Positions 10,851 through 21,439 of a DNA stretch of 64,000 nt are shown here, one piece after another (position 1 is the first letter of the stretch; every line of letters starts with the position of its first letter). A program made the translations under genes and the position numbers. The notes beneath the pieces are model-generated. The model saw only the letters and a program-made list of their open reading frames with translations. It was not told where the DNA came from and ran no database searches. Source of the DNA: Nitrosarchaeum sp. (GTDB lineage Archaea > Thermoproteota > Nitrososphaeria > Nitrososphaerales > Nitrosopumilaceae); contig OZ245020.1 in the NCBI GenBank assembly GCA_965223865.1, positions 1,824,001-1,888,000 on the forward strand, read 5' to 3'.

Positions 10851-11557
10851 TATGGAACCTCCATCACAGTTTTCTTTTTCAATTTTTTTGGAAATAGTTT
10901 TTTTACTCTTTCTCTCATAATTTTTTGTTGTTCTTTAATTCCAGCTGTAGCATCAATTACAAAAAAATTTTCACGTTTGCTCATTGCTTCATATTGATCT
11001 ATTATTTTACTTTGAAAAATCCTAAAACTCTCATAGATGTCCTTTGAAAAATTAAGATCCATTCCAGCTTCATAATATTTCAATTTTGGACGACCAGAAA
11101 GAATTCTATCCATCGATATGTCAAGTGGGACTCTAAAATAAAATGCAATATCGGGTTTTATTGCAAAGTCATATACTTTTCTTACCCATGCAGGATTACA
11201 CCTGCGAGTGACATCACGCGAATAAGCTGTATACACGTATCGATCTGCCAATACAAAATAACCTGCTCTCAACAATGGCAAAATATTTCTCTCAAATCTG
11301 TCTGCAAAATCGGTGGCGTGAAGAAGACTAAATGTTGTAGGTGTAAGGTTGGCTTTCTTTTTTCCCTTAGATGTAATAGATTTTACCATTTCAGATGAGT
11401 TCCAATCGGTTCTAAAAACTTCAAACTGGTTATAGCGGAGCCATTTTTCTAGTAAACTAAGTTGTGTTGACTTTCCAGAACCATCAATCCCTTCTACAAC
11501 TATTAATTTTCCAGGGATACCACGATTTTTTAGGAGTTTTTTAGGAGAAATAGACAA
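10850..11557 (-). CDS. Thymidylate-kinase-like protein (putative catalytic PPK3 subunit)
   Basis: VEGIDGSGKST canonical P-loop, LADRY; in an operon with ppx and CHAD. Confidence 0.8.
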   Translation of the reverse strand: MSISPKKLLKNRGIPGKLIVVEGIDGSGKSTQLSLLEKWLRYNQFEVFRTDWNSSEMVKSITSKGKKKANLTPTTFSLLHATDFADRFERNILPLLRAGYFVLADRYVYTAYSRDVTRRCNPAWVRKVYDFAIKPDIAFYFRVPLDISMDRILSGRPKLKYYEAGMDLNFSKDIYESFRIFQSKIIDQYEAMSKRENFFVIDATAGIKEQQKIMRERVKKLFPKKLKKKTVMEVP

Positions 11558-11621
11558 GTATGGAATTAATTAGTTAAAACTATCTATAAATTTTCTATAG
11601 ATTTTATGTAATTTTTATTTT

Positions 11622-13220
11622 TTATACGAATCCTATGTGATCCGATGTGGGTAACGAAGTTTGATAATATATACTGGAATTAATCGAAAGTCCAAGAGTA
11701 TTTTCCAATCTTTCACATGCTTGATGCAATAAAACCTCAGGAAAAATGTTTGATTTAGGATAGATGGATAGAGAAATTAGTTTTGGAGAATCAGAAGTTG
11801 CTTTAATCTTTACATCAGTTTTATGGAAAATATCACATAAGGAAACTATTGAAGATATTTTTTTGATTAGTTTTTTGTCATTGATTTCTAAAATGTTTTC
11901 AAATTTTAAGATTAGAGAGTCTACTTTCTTTTTCTTTTTTGAGTAAATTAAAGCTAAAGCCACAATCAATTGTTCTCTATGATTTAATGAGCTGTCATCG
12001 TCCAATATAGAATACAAAACATTGTCAACATCTCTAAATGACCACAGTTTATCTATTTGTGATATAGTATAGGATAATAATACACGTTCTTGCTCATCCA
12101 ACAAATTCATCATATATAGTAACCTAACAAAATCTTCAACATATTCAGATAATGATTCCATTTGGGAAGATAGGTAAATTATCTCTTTGACCTTTTCATA
12201 ATCAATATTCTGATTTGCAAATTCATTTGGATATTGTAATGATAATGCCAAGGTTCCTTCACGTAGACCATGAGCACTTACTGTTAATTCGTTAAATCTT
12301 AAATTTTTCATTAATTGTGTTATTACAAGAGTTCCTGCACGTACAGTGTCAGCACGACCACTTCCAATTGATTGTATCTTGGAGATTTTTTCTACTGGTA
12401 ATGAGCGAATTCTTTTGAATATGGTCTCAAGTGAGGTATATGATAGCTTATAGTTATGCAGTTTTGATAGTGGATAAGTTCTTAATTGTTGATCATACTT
12501 TGCAAGGGCTCGTAGAACACCACCAACACCCACCAAAACTAGATCATCAGAGTCAGAAATTCCCAAGTTTTCTCGGGTAGGAAGGATTTTGTTGATATGT
12601 TTTTCCATTTTATAAAAATCAGAGATCTCAGATTTTGGATCTTCTGAAAACATTTGTGTCAATCTAAGGGAACCAAGTGGAAGGGATATGACTTTTTTTA
12701 TTTCAAAGTCTTTGGATAATACAATCTCAAGACTTCCTCCTCCAATATCAAAAAATAAAACATTAGGAATTCTAAGAGAACGAATAGCACCAGTATATGA
12801 GTAAATAGCCTCATCATGGTCAGACAAAATTTTAAAATCAAAATTTGTCTCTTTACGAATTCTATCTAATATATCAAATCGATTTTCTGCATCTCTGATG
12901 GCACTGGTGGCAACCGAAATAACATAGTTTACTTTTTCAAAGTCGACAATATTTCTAAACAGCTTCAAAGTTTCAACAGTGTTATCTATGTAATTTTCTT
13001 GAATTACACCATTTTCCAATCCTTCTGAAAGTTTTAAACGCGTTGATTCTTGATGATATGGTTTGTAATCATTGTATGAGTTTATTATGTAATTTACAAG
13101 TTTTACAGAATTTGATCCAAGGTCCAACACAGAAGCTTTTCCTAATTTCTCAACATCTGAAGCTCTTCTCATCTGATCTTTTTTTTCTACTGTATGCTTC
13201 AATTTATCCACCTGTAACAA
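11622..13220 (-). CDS. ppx: Ppx/GppA exopolyphosphatase
   Basis: DLGSNSVKL, ATSAIRDA, DIGGGSLE and GLREG motifs. Confidence 0.92.
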   Translation of the reverse strand: MLQVDKLKHTVEKKDQMRRASDVEKLGKASVLDLGSNSVKLVNYIINSYNDYKPYHQESTRLKLSEGLENGVIQENYIDNTVETLKLFRNIVDFEKVNYVISVATSAIRDAENRFDILDRIRKETNFDFKILSDHDEAIYSYTGAIRSLRIPNVLFFDIGGGSLEIVLSKDFEIKKVISLPLGSLRLTQMFSEDPKSEISDFYKMEKHINKILPTRENLGISDSDDLVLVGVGGVLRALAKYDQQLRTYPLSKLHNYKLSYTSLETIFKRIRSLPVEKISKIQSIGSGRADTVRAGTLVITQLMKNLRFNELTVSAHGLREGTLALSLQYPNEFANQNIDYEKVKEIIYLSSQMESLSEYVEDFVRLLYMMNLLDEQERVLLSYTISQIDKLWSFRDVDNVLYSILDDDSSLNHREQLIVALALIYSKKKKKVDSLILKFENILEINDKKLIKKISSIVSLCDIFHKTDVKIKATSDSPKLISLSIYPKSNIFPEVLLHQACERLENTLGLSINSSIYYQTSLPTSDHIGFV

Positions 13221-13231
13221 AACAATTTTGT

Positions 13232-13732
13232 CTACTTACATAATTTCAATTGTTTTGGAGTTAAAAGACTTCGTAGTGATCCATCAATTTTAGATTTAGA
13301 GGCATTTCCTCGAATATGAGCAAATCCTCCTTTCTTCAAGAATATGTTTGCATCTAAATTATTGGATATTATCGACGTAATCAAATTACTAAGATGTGGT
13401 TCATGACCAACTAAAAGAATTTTGGCAGTCACACTAAAATTTGTAATTTTTTTTTGTGTTTCTAATACAGAAGATTCAGGTTTTAGTTCATCCCAAATTA
13501 TAATTTTCTTTTTATTGTCGAAAAGATATTTTGCAACAATTTCTGCTGTTTCAATTGCCCTAACAAGAGGACTAGAAATTACAAAGTCAAATGAAATATC
13601 AAAATTTTTTATTCCTCTAACAATTTCTTCAAGTTCTTTTTTGCCAGTAACTGTCAGTTTTCTTTTAGCATCACTTTTTATATTAGATGAACGTTCTTCA
13701 GCTTTTCCATGTCTTAGAATATAGATATCCAT
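13232..13732 (-). CDS. sixA: Phosphohistidine phosphatase SixA
   Basis: LRHGKAE, SSPLVRAIETA and VGHEP motifs. Confidence 0.9.
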   Translation of the reverse strand: MDIYILRHGKAEERSSNIKSDAKRKLTVTGKKELEEIVRGIKNFDISFDFVISSPLVRAIETAEIVAKYLFDNKKKIIIWDELKPESSVLETQKKITNFSVTAKILLVGHEPHLSNLITSIISNNLDANIFLKKGGFAHIRGNASKSKIDGSLRSLLTPKQLKLCK

Positions 13733-13789
13733 TATTCTAAATTTAAAATTAATTTGTAATTAAAATAGGTTCATCTATTTTTTCATATT

Positions 13790-13799
13790 TCTATATAGA
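13790..13799. promoter_or_regulatory. Palindrome TCTATATAGA upstream of the sixA-ppx operon
   Basis: Perfect palindrome about 58 bp upstream of the sixA start. Confidence 0.55.
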
Positions 13800-13918
13800 C
13801 TAGAATTCAACTTCAATAATTTTCTTAAACTGAAGAAATGTTGTATTTGATTGTAAATTCCACCACAAAAACCTAATATCAACAGTGTATGAGAATAGTT
13901 AAAAAATTTTGATGGTTT

Positions 13919-14596
13919 TTATGATATGTTATTTCTTTGAATTGCAAATTTCTTTTTAAACAAAAATGCAACAATAATTGTACCAACATACGGTGCACTC
14001 CAATAGAGCCATAGATTTTCTATTGCTCCAGATAATAAGGCAGGTGCAAGTGCTCTTGCAGGATTCATCGAAGCACCAGAGACAAAAGCTAAAAAGAAAA
14101 TATCCAAGCCTACAATTCCACCTATTGCAATTCCACTAAAACCTTTCAAACCCTTTGTGTATACCACAATAAATATTACTGCCATGAGTAATGCAGATGC
14201 TAAAACTTCTATTGAAAATATCAAAAATAATGAGTAATCATAGTTTGGTGCATTTGCTCCAAGGTCAGCTTCTTTTCCAATAAAGCTCATAACAAACAAA
14301 GAACCAAGAATTGCGCCAATAATTTCAGCTGTAAAATACCAAAGGATTTGAATTTTTGAAATATGCCCTGTAATGTAATAACCGATTGTGACTGCAGGAT
14401 TGAAATGTGCAAGTGAAATTTTTCCAAAAGAATAAACACCAATTATCAATGCAATAAATGGAGTTACTGCTGCAAACCATATTCCATATGGTCCACCGAG
14501 TTGAGCATCATACACAATCGAACCTGTTGCAAATATTACAAGAATAAACGTTCCAATGAGCTCTACGGTAAAGATTTGGAGATTTGAATAAGTCAT
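13919..14596 (-). CDS. MIP family aquaporin (probable arsenite channel)
   Basis: Two NPA motifs (HFNPAVT, SMNPARA); overlaps arsC. Confidence 0.9.
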   Translation of the reverse strand: MTYSNLQIFTVELIGTFILVIFATGSIVYDAQLGGPYGIWFAAVTPFIALIIGVYSFGKISLAHFNPAVTIGYYITGHISKIQILWYFTAEIIGAILGSLFVMSFIGKEADLGANAPNYDYSLFLIFSIEVLASALLMAVIFIVVYTKGLKGFSGIAIGGIVGLDIFFLAFVSGASMNPARALAPALLSGAIENLWLYWSAPYVGTIIVAFLFKKKFAIQRNNIS

Positions 14597-15000
14597 TATT
14601 TTTTCTCTAAACTTTTGATAAGATCTAAAACTCGATTTTTTATTATATCACGAATCTCTCGTACCTGTACAATATCCTTATTTTTAGGATCTGAAATATT
14701 CCAATCAATCAAATCTTTTACAAATAGTGCAGGGCAAGATTCTCTATTCATACATCCCATGTTAACTGAGATTGATTGTTCAATCATTTCCTTTGTCAGT
14801 TCTTTTGGCTTTTGTTTTGTAATGTCAATTCCAATCTCTTTCATCGCTTGGACTACAATTGGATTTAGATGTGAGCTGGGTTGGGTCCCAGCGCTGATAG
14901 CATCAAATTGAGGTGCATATTTGCGAAAAAATCCTTCAGCCATCTGACTACGACCTGCATTTTCTACGCACACAAAAAGGATTTTTTTTGGTTCAGCCAC
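14596..15000 (-). CDS. arsC: Arsenate reductase (LMW-PTP family)
   Basis: CVENAGRSQMAE, MGC...CP and WNISDP motifs. Confidence 0.88.
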   Translation of the reverse strand: MAEPKKILFVCVENAGRSQMAEGFFRKYAPQFDAISAGTQPSSHLNPIVVQAMKEIGIDITKQKPKELTKEMIEQSISVNMGCMNRESCPALFVKDLIDWNISDPKNKDIVQVREIRDIIKNRVLDLIKSLEKK

Positions 15001-15040
15001 ACTATCACATAAATATTAGTTTATATAAATTTAAATTGAT

Positions 15041-15340
15041 ATGAATGGAGTTAGTCTGTTAAAGTGTATATGTGATGACACAAGATTCGAGATTCTAGAT
15101 ATGCTTCAAAAAAACAAAGAGTTGTGTGTAAATGATTTTGTAGATAAAATAAAGAAAGATCAGCCATTAATATCGCATCATCTAAAGATTTTGAAAAAGT
15201 GTGGAATAGTTAAATCAAGAGATGAAGGAAAAAAATCAATGTACAGGATCTCAAATCAACAGCTTTCTGAACTAATTTCAGATATTACAAAAACAAGCAA
15301 AAAAATTCCTGTCTTGTGTAATGAGGAAACTTGTTGTTAG
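15041..15340 (+). CDS. arsR: ArsR family regulator
   Basis: ELCVND...SHHLKILKKCG and C-terminal CC; divergent from arsC. Confidence 0.88.
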   Translation: MNGVSLLKCICDDTRFEILDMLQKNKELCVNDFVDKIKKDQPLISHHLKILKKCGIVKSRDEGKKSMYRISNQQLSELISDITKTSKKIPVLCNEETCC

Positions 15341-15642
15341 ACAAATTTTTCAGATCTAAGGACACCAACATCACTTACATACAAAACTATTGCAAAGTTT
15401 GTAAACAAGGTTCTTGCAATTTCTTCTACAACATCTTGTAGTTTTTCTTCTTGCATTAAAACTTCAACTTTAACATTCTTTTCATTTTCTAGTCCCTGGC
15501 CACGTAAACCTCGTGCACCATTTCCTTCAACTTCATAAGTAGTATAGCCTGTAATCTTATGTTTGGTCAAAATATCAAGTACATTTTTCTGAGCCAAAAT
15601 CTCACATGTTACAGTCAAGAGTTTTATGTTATAGAATTTCAT
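15337..15642 (-). CDS. sbtB: PII-like protein SbtB
   Basis: TGYT...GNGARG...NVKVEV...VLRSEKF; directly downstream of sbtA. Confidence 0.82.
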   Translation of the reverse strand: MKFYNIKLLTVTCEILAQKNVLDILTKHKITGYTTYEVEGNGARGLRGQGLENEKNVKVEVLMQEEKLQDVVEEIARTLFTNFAIVLYVSDVGVLRSEKFV

Positions 15643-16724
15643 ATCAAGCTCTTTGTAATGTAATTGAATAAGTCTATCGTTCCTTCATTGTGCACTATGG
15701 AGGAGACCATAAACATAATTGGCAATAATACAATAATGTTGTAGGGAAATGTAATTCCCAAAGCTGATGTAATGTAGAGACTTGGTTTTGCCTGAGGAAT
15801 TGCATGACGTAGAACAGCTGGTGCTGCAATAAATGATGCACTTGCTAGCAACAATCCAAACATTACGGCACCACCAAGACTTAATCCAAGCGCCGTTGCT
15901 ACCAAAACACCTACAATTCCATTAAATGTGGGCATAATAATTGCGAATGCAGTCAGAAACACTCCAACCTTTTTGATATCATCTAGTCTTTGTCCTGCAA
16001 TAATTCCCATTTCTATTAAGAAGATCACTATAGCACCTGTGAACAATTCATCAAAAACTATGCTAATTGAGCTAAAGCCTTCTTTGCCTATTACATAGCC
16101 TATAATGATGCTCCCAAGAAGTATGACTATGGCTTTACCCGTAATGGACTCATGTAATACTTGTTTTAGGTTTGTTTTAGTTTCAGTAATACCCATCTCA
16201 AATTCAGATTCAGTCTCAATTTTTCCTAGAGATTCTTTTTTGGTTTTGATTTGTTTTGATACTGCGATGTTTGTCAGAAAAATTGCCAAGATAAATGCTA
16301 CTGGTTCTAGTACTGCAAGTATTGCAGCAAGATATCCTTCTGAGGTTACTCCTTGATTTTTGAGAAATGATAATCCAACTGAAAATGTTACAGCACCAAC
16401 TGCTCCATAAGTGGAAGCAAGGGCATACGAATCAAACAGATTGAATTTTCCAAGACGTCTTAAAATTTGATAATGATTTAAAGTAAATAACAAAGATAAC
16501 CCAATAGCAACAAGCATAGGGACTAACATTACCTCAAAGCCGGTATTTCTCATCTCTATTCCACCATGCAATCCAATTGCTGCAAGTAAGTATATTGGAA
16601 GAAATTCAGAAATTGCATCTGGAATTTTTAGGTCGGATTTTATTCTAGCAGCAATGATTCCAAATAGAAAAAACAACACGATTGGTGTTAAAAGATTTGA
16701 TTGAATTAATTCTAAAATATCCAT
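15639..16724 (-). CDS. sbtA: Sodium-dependent bicarbonate transporter SbtA
   Basis: KSDLKIP, YLLAAIGLHGG, ASASFIAAPA and LGITFPYNI motifs. Confidence 0.9.
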   Translation of the reverse strand: MDILELIQSNLLTPIVLFFLFGIIAARIKSDLKIPDAISEFLPIYLLAAIGLHGGIEMRNTGFEVMLVPMLVAIGLSLLFTLNHYQILRRLGKFNLFDSYALASTYGAVGAVTFSVGLSFLKNQGVTSEGYLAAILAVLEPVAFILAIFLTNIAVSKQIKTKKESLGKIETESEFEMGITETKTNLKQVLHESITGKAIVILLGSIIIGYVIGKEGFSSISIVFDELFTGAIVIFLIEMGIIAGQRLDDIKKVGVFLTAFAIIMPTFNGIVGVLVATALGLSLGGAVMFGLLLASASFIAAPAVLRHAIPQAKPSLYITSALGITFPYNIIVLLPIMFMVSSIVHNEGTIDLFNYITKSLI

Positions 16725-16849
16725 TTTATAACAACACTAATCAAAATTTTGTAAAACTTATCAAACCATCATTTATTTGATGACAAATGAATTTATTTGA
16801 TTTTATCATAACGAATTTTCAGATTTTGTTTCGGTTATAAATACAAAGA

Positions 16850-17509
16850 CTAGTCTGTTTTTGTGTGAGAAGCGATTCTCTCTTCACTAGGTCTATGTTT
16901 TCCAGTAACAATGTAATTAATTGCATCAGTCATAAATACGGCATGATCACCTATTCTTTCTAAATATCTTAAAAGTAAAGCTTCAGCGAGTGCACATTTA
17001 GTATCTTTTGATTCAATTAATTTAGGAAGTCTGTCTTTGTAAATTCTATCAATAAAGCGCTCATCTTCTCGTATTTTTGCTGCCTTTCGAACATCTAGTT
17101 CAGCAAACGACATTATTGATTCTCTTATCATATGTTTTACTTTTTTTGAAGATTCAACTAGAGATGCGTTTTTACACTCAGAGATGTCTCCGAACAAATC
17201 TCTAACCAAAGTGATATCATATGCATATCTACCAAATCTTGAAAAAGCGTAAGAGATTTCAGTAGATGAGCGGATAAATCTAAAGTCATCTGCAACAGGT
17301 TGATACTTTAGTAACATATCAAACGTCAAATCTTCAACTTCAAAGTACTTGTTACGTATCGCATCAGATAACTGTAGTACTTTGGCTTTCGTGTTTGTTC
17401 CATCAAGGTAAGAATCAATGGCAAGAGAAACTGATTCTATTACCATATCACCCATCTCAGCCATGATAAATGAGAGTTTTTGTAACGATGGGTCTATTAG
17501 ACGAGTCAT
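16850..17509 (-). CDS. phoU: Phosphate transport regulator PhoU
   Basis: YQPVADDFR and LERIGDHA motifs; downstream of pstB. Confidence 0.9.
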   Translation of the reverse strand: MTRLIDPSLQKLSFIMAEMGDMVIESVSLAIDSYLDGTNTKAKVLQLSDAIRNKYFEVEDLTFDMLLKYQPVADDFRFIRSSTEISYAFSRFGRYAYDITLVRDLFGDISECKNASLVESSKKVKHMIRESIMSFAELDVRKAAKIREDERFIDRIYKDRLPKLIESKDTKCALAEALLLRYLERIGDHAVFMTDAINYIVTGKHRPSEERIASHTKTD

Positions 17510-18349
17510 TTATCCAAATTGACCTTGAACATATTTTGCAGTCAATTCATTTTTTGGATCTGTAAAGAGTTTCTTTGTCTCTCGAAATTCAATCAAATCA
17601 CCAAGGTACATAAATCCAGTATAATCAGACACTCTTACTGCTTGTTGCATGTTATGAGTCACAATGATGATTGTATACTCTTTTTTTAATTCTGTAATTG
17701 TTTCTTCAATTTTTTGAGTAGCTATTGGGTCTAGTGCTGATGCAGGTTCATCCATGAGTAACACTTCAGGTTGAATTGCCAATGCTCTTGCAATGCATAA
17801 TCTTTGTTGCTGACCTCCAGACAATTCTATTGCAGATTTTTTCAGATCCCCCTTCACTTCATCCCAAAGATATGCCATCTTTAGTGAATCCTCTACAATT
17901 TCATCTAGAATTTTTTTATCTCTTACACCGTTTAGTTTTAGACCTGCAGTGACGTTATCATAAATAGACATGGTTGGAAATGGATTTGGTTTTTGAAATA
18001 CCATTCCAACTTTTCTTCTGTGATAAATAGGATCAATAGACTTGTCATAAAGATCAATGTTATCAATCATTACTTTTCCTTCAACTTTGGCATTTTTTGT
18101 CATGTCATGCATTCTGTTTAGGCATCTAAGAAATGTAGTTTTTCCACATCCAGAGGGACCAATTAAAGCAGTAACAGATTTTTCAGGAAATTTCATTGTG
18201 ATGTTTTTAACAGCAGCAATATCACCATAACTTATTGTAACATTTTCTGCGATCATTTTGTATTTTTTTTCTATTTCAGGTGGTGAAGTGGGAGGTTCTG
18301 AAACAGAAGAACTATCCAAAGTGGGAGGATTAATGGTCAACGCTGTCAT
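17510..18349 (-). CDS. pstB: Phosphate ABC transporter ATPase
   Basis: [17 protein letters not shown] and [14 protein letters not shown] motifs. Confidence 0.97.
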   Translation of the reverse strand: MTALTINPPTLDSSSVSEPPTSPPEIEKKYKMIAENVTISYGDIAAVKNITMKFPEKSVTALIGPSGCGKTTFLRCLNRMHDMTKNAKVEGKVMIDNIDLYDKSIDPIYHRRKVGMVFQKPNPFPTMSIYDNVTAGLKLNGVRDKKILDEIVEDSLKMAYLWDEVKGDLKKSAIELSGGQQQRLCIARALAIQPEVLLMDEPASALDPIATQKIEETITELKKEYTIIIVTHNMQQAVRVSDYTGFMYLGDLIEFRETKKLFTDPKNELTAKYVQGQFG

Positions 18350-19272
18350 TTTGTGTTAGACGCTCCTCGTTTAATTAATCGTCCTAATATTCCATTTCCT
18401 TTTCTGCTTGCAAAGTAGTAACGGACTCCAAGATTAATGCCAAGAATTATTATTATCAAAACCAAAGCAGCCCCCCAACCTTGAAGTTGTGCACTATCAT
18501 AAGGCAATAATGACAATCTCCAGATCCTCAGTGGAAGTGCATCCATTGGTACATCCATGCTGCTAAAGAATTGACTGCTTCCAAGAATTGTCATTATTAG
18601 TGGAGCAGTCTCACCACCAATCCTAGAAACTGAAAGTAGTATTCCAGTAATCATACCACTTTTTGCAGCAGAAATCACAATTCTAAGAGTAATGACCCAT
18701 TTTTTGAGACCCAAAGCGGTACCGGCCTCACGATAAGTTACAGGAACCATCTTCAAAGATTCCTCTGTAGTTCTAGCAACAATTGGGAACATAATCAAAG
18801 ATAATGCAAATGCACCTGCCCATACAGAGAAATGGCCCAGTATCAAGACAATCATCAGAAATGCAAAGATGCCCATAACAATTGAAGGAAATTCCATAAA
18901 GACATCGTTAAAGAATCGAATACTCTTTGCTAGTTTATTATCACCATACTCTGAAAGAAAAATTCCAGACATTACTCCTACTGGAACTCCAATAAGACTA
19001 GATAATCCAATGATTATCAGAGTACCTTGAATAGCAGGACCAATACCTCCTTCACCAGAGCCAATTGAACCAGGTACTGCAGTTAAAAATTCGTAATTTA
19101 TAGCTACTGCACCATTTTTGAAAACCTCAACTAAGATACTACCAAGTGGAATAATAGCAATTATCACACATGCAAAAACTACGATTCGCACTGCCTTGTC
19201 AACAACTAGTCGCTTCTCAACATTTTGTTTGAAAAGAGATCTGTATTCCTGTCTTCTTTGTTGTGTAGTCAG
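18346..19272 (-). CDS. pstA: Phosphate ABC transporter permease PstA
   Basis: PSIVMGIF and RIGGETAPL motifs; frame is open up to a CTG overlapping the pstC stop (track start 19191). Confidence 0.93.
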   Translation of the reverse strand: MTTQQRRQEYRSLFKQNVEKRLVVDKAVRIVVFACVIIAIIPLGSILVEVFKNGAVAINYEFLTAVPGSIGSGEGGIGPAIQGTLIIIGLSSLIGVPVGVMSGIFLSEYGDNKLAKSIRFFNDVFMEFPSIVMGIFAFLMIVLILGHFSVWAGAFALSLIMFPIVARTTEESLKMVPVTYREAGTALGLKKWVITLRIVISAAKSGMITGILLSVSRIGGETAPLIMTILGSSQFFSSMDVPMDALPLRIWRLSLLPYDSAQLQGWGAALVLIIIILGINLGVRYYFASRKGNGILGRLIKRGASNTK

Positions 19273-20240
19273 TTGTTAATTGCACCTTCCTTTACTTTAA
19301 GCATTCTAGTTACCAGTATGTGAGCTACAACGTTGATTCCAATTGCTATTAAAAGCAGAGTCACAGCTACACCCATCAAAGCTGCTAAATGAAGTTCCGA
19401 CGAGGCATCATTAAACTGATTGGCAATAATACTAGACATTGTTTGAGATGGATGAAATAAAGATGGAGCGATTGCTTTAATTCCAGTAGTATTTCCAATT
19501 AACATTGTAACTGCCATTGTTTCACCAACAGCTCTTCCTAATCCAAGAATTGAAGCTCCTATCAAACCAGTTTTAGAGTATGGAAATACAGCCAGTTTGA
19601 ACATTTCCCATTTTGTTGCTCCAAGCATATATGCTGCTTCTTTTTGTTGTTGAGGAACTGCTTTCATCACTTCACGCGATACAGCCGAAACAGTAGGAAT
19701 AATCATAATTGCTAGAATCACACTAGCGGTAAGAATATCTAATCCAAAAGGGGTTCCTGAAAAAAGCCAAATATTATCTCCAAATGTATTATGTAACGGC
19801 TTTTCAATCCAGTCTACAAAATATACTCTAAAAACAAAAAGTCCCCATAGTCCATAAATTACACTTGGAACCGCGGCTAATAATTCAACAAGAAATCCTA
19901 ATGGACCTCCAATTTTTGCTGGAGCATCAGAAATGAACATTGCAATTCCAATGCTGAGTGGAACACCAATAGCCATAGCTATTGCAGAGGTAGCAAGAGT
20001 TCCAAATACATATGGAAGTGCACCAAAGGCTTCACGACCCTCAACTTCATTCCATTCAGTGCTTGTGATAAAAGACAATCCATTTTCTTCCCATATAGGA
20101 TAAGATTCTGAAATGAGCTGAAATGCCAAAAGAGCAATTATCAATATAACATAAATGCCAGCTACAGTTGCACCAATCTTGAAAATTTTATCTGAAATTG
20201 GTCGTCTTCCAATTTTTGTAGTTAGATTTACTTTTCTCAC
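19269..20240 (-). CDS. pstC: Phosphate ABC transporter permease PstC
   Basis: ELLAAVPSVIYGLWG and GRAVGETMAV motifs. Confidence 0.95.
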   Translation of the reverse strand: MRKVNLTTKIGRRPISDKIFKIGATVAGIYVILIIALLAFQLISESYPIWEENGLSFITSTEWNEVEGREAFGALPYVFGTLATSAIAMAIGVPLSIGIAMFISDAPAKIGGPLGFLVELLAAVPSVIYGLWGLFVFRVYFVDWIEKPLHNTFGDNIWLFSGTPFGLDILTASVILAIMIIPTVSAVSREVMKAVPQQQKEAAYMLGATKWEMFKLAVFPYSKTGLIGASILGLGRAVGETMAVTMLIGNTTGIKAIAPSLFHPSQTMSSIIANQFNDASSELHLAALMGVAVTLLLIAIGINVVAHILVTRMLKVKEGAINN

Positions 20241-20303
20241 AGTTTGTCGGCGTGAAAATGGACATATCTAAGATCTCACTATATTTTATGAGATGATCAT
20301 AGT

Positions 20304-20313
20304 TCTATATAGA
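20304..20313. promoter_or_regulatory. Palindrome TCTATATAGA between divergent pstC and the AbrB-PhoU regulator
   Basis: Perfect palindrome about 64 bp from the pstC start and 46 bp from the regulator start. Confidence 0.6.
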
Positions 20314-20358
20314 TCCTAAAGATATTGTAAATAACGAATTCAAATCAATACTGGATAA

Positions 20359-21402
20359 TTGGAATTAATTGAAAATACTAAACAAACAAGAAAAATGCAA
20401 CTGAGTGGTGGTTCTACATACATTGTTTCATTACCAAAAAACTGGATTGATGATTTAAAGATAAAAGTTGGAGAAAATGTTACCATTGTAAAAAATTCTA
20501 ATCAGTCACTAACATTATACCCAAGAGAAAAAAAGGATCCAAACAAAAAAAGAATTGCAGTAATTCCATTAAGTCAAAAAGACTCAGGAGACTCAATTAA
20601 ACGAAAAATCATTGCAGCTTATCTTGCAGGTTACAAAACAATTAAAATAAAAACAAAAGGAGTGAGAATTCAAGCAGTACAATCTAGAAGCATAAGAGAT
20701 TTGGTTCGCTCAACAATGATAGGTACTGAAATTGTAGAATCAAGTTCGGAAGTTATGGTAATTCAAATTCTTACAAGACTTCCAGAATTATCATTTGTTA
20801 CAGCTCTGAAGAGAATGTATTTGATGGCACATAATATGATTATAGAAGCAATAGAATCTTTAGAAGAAGTAGACATAGATCATGCAGATGAAGTAGTAAA
20901 CATGGATGATGAGGTAGATAGATTTGGTCTCTATATGAGGCGGAATTTGGTATTAGCAATAGAAAATGAGAATATTTTGCAAGATATGCAATTACGAAAA
21001 CCATCTGATTGTCTTGGATATAGAGCAATTGTGACTAGAATTGAAAGGATTGCAGATCATGCACGTCTAATTGCAAAACGAACAAAATTCATTGAAGAAA
21101 AAATTGAAGAAAAAATTCTTATAAAAATAAAAAATCTCTCTGAGAAATCTATCAATGTGTTTGAAAAATCAATTACAGCAGTACAAGAACATGATTTTGA
21201 GAAAGGAGAAAAGGTTGCAGAAGAAGTCAGTCAAATAATTGAAGAAGAAAAACAGATCATGAATAAAATTAAAGAAACTGAAAAAAATATCACCATCATA
21301 AGATTTGTCTTAGAAGATTTGAGAAGAATTGCAGAATATTCAAGCGATATTGCCGAAGTTGCAATTGATGAAAATATTCAAAAAATTATTTCTGAAGAAT
21401 AG
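20359..21402 (+). CDS. Archaeal phosphate uptake regulator (N-terminal AbrB/SpoVT domain plus two PhoU domains)
   Basis: RKMQLSGGSTYIVSLPKNW AbrB motif; ERIADHA and RRIAEY PhoU repeats. Confidence 0.9.
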   Translation: MELIENTKQTRKMQLSGGSTYIVSLPKNWIDDLKIKVGENVTIVKNSNQSLTLYPREKKDPNKKRIAVIPLSQKDSGDSIKRKIIAAYLAGYKTIKIKTKGVRIQAVQSRSIRDLVRSTMIGTEIVESSSEVMVIQILTRLPELSFVTALKRMYLMAHNMIIEAIESLEEVDIDHADEVVNMDDEVDRFGLYMRRNLVLAIENENILQDMQLRKPSDCLGYRAIVTRIERIADHARLIAKRTKFIEEKIEEKILIKIKNLSEKSINVFEKSITAVQEHDFEKGEKVAEEVSQIIEEEKQIMNKIKETEKNITIIRFVLEDLRRIAEYSSDIAEVAIDENIQKIISEE

Positions 21403-21439
21403 ACATTTTTAGTTTTTAAAAAATAAAAAGAAAAAAGAT

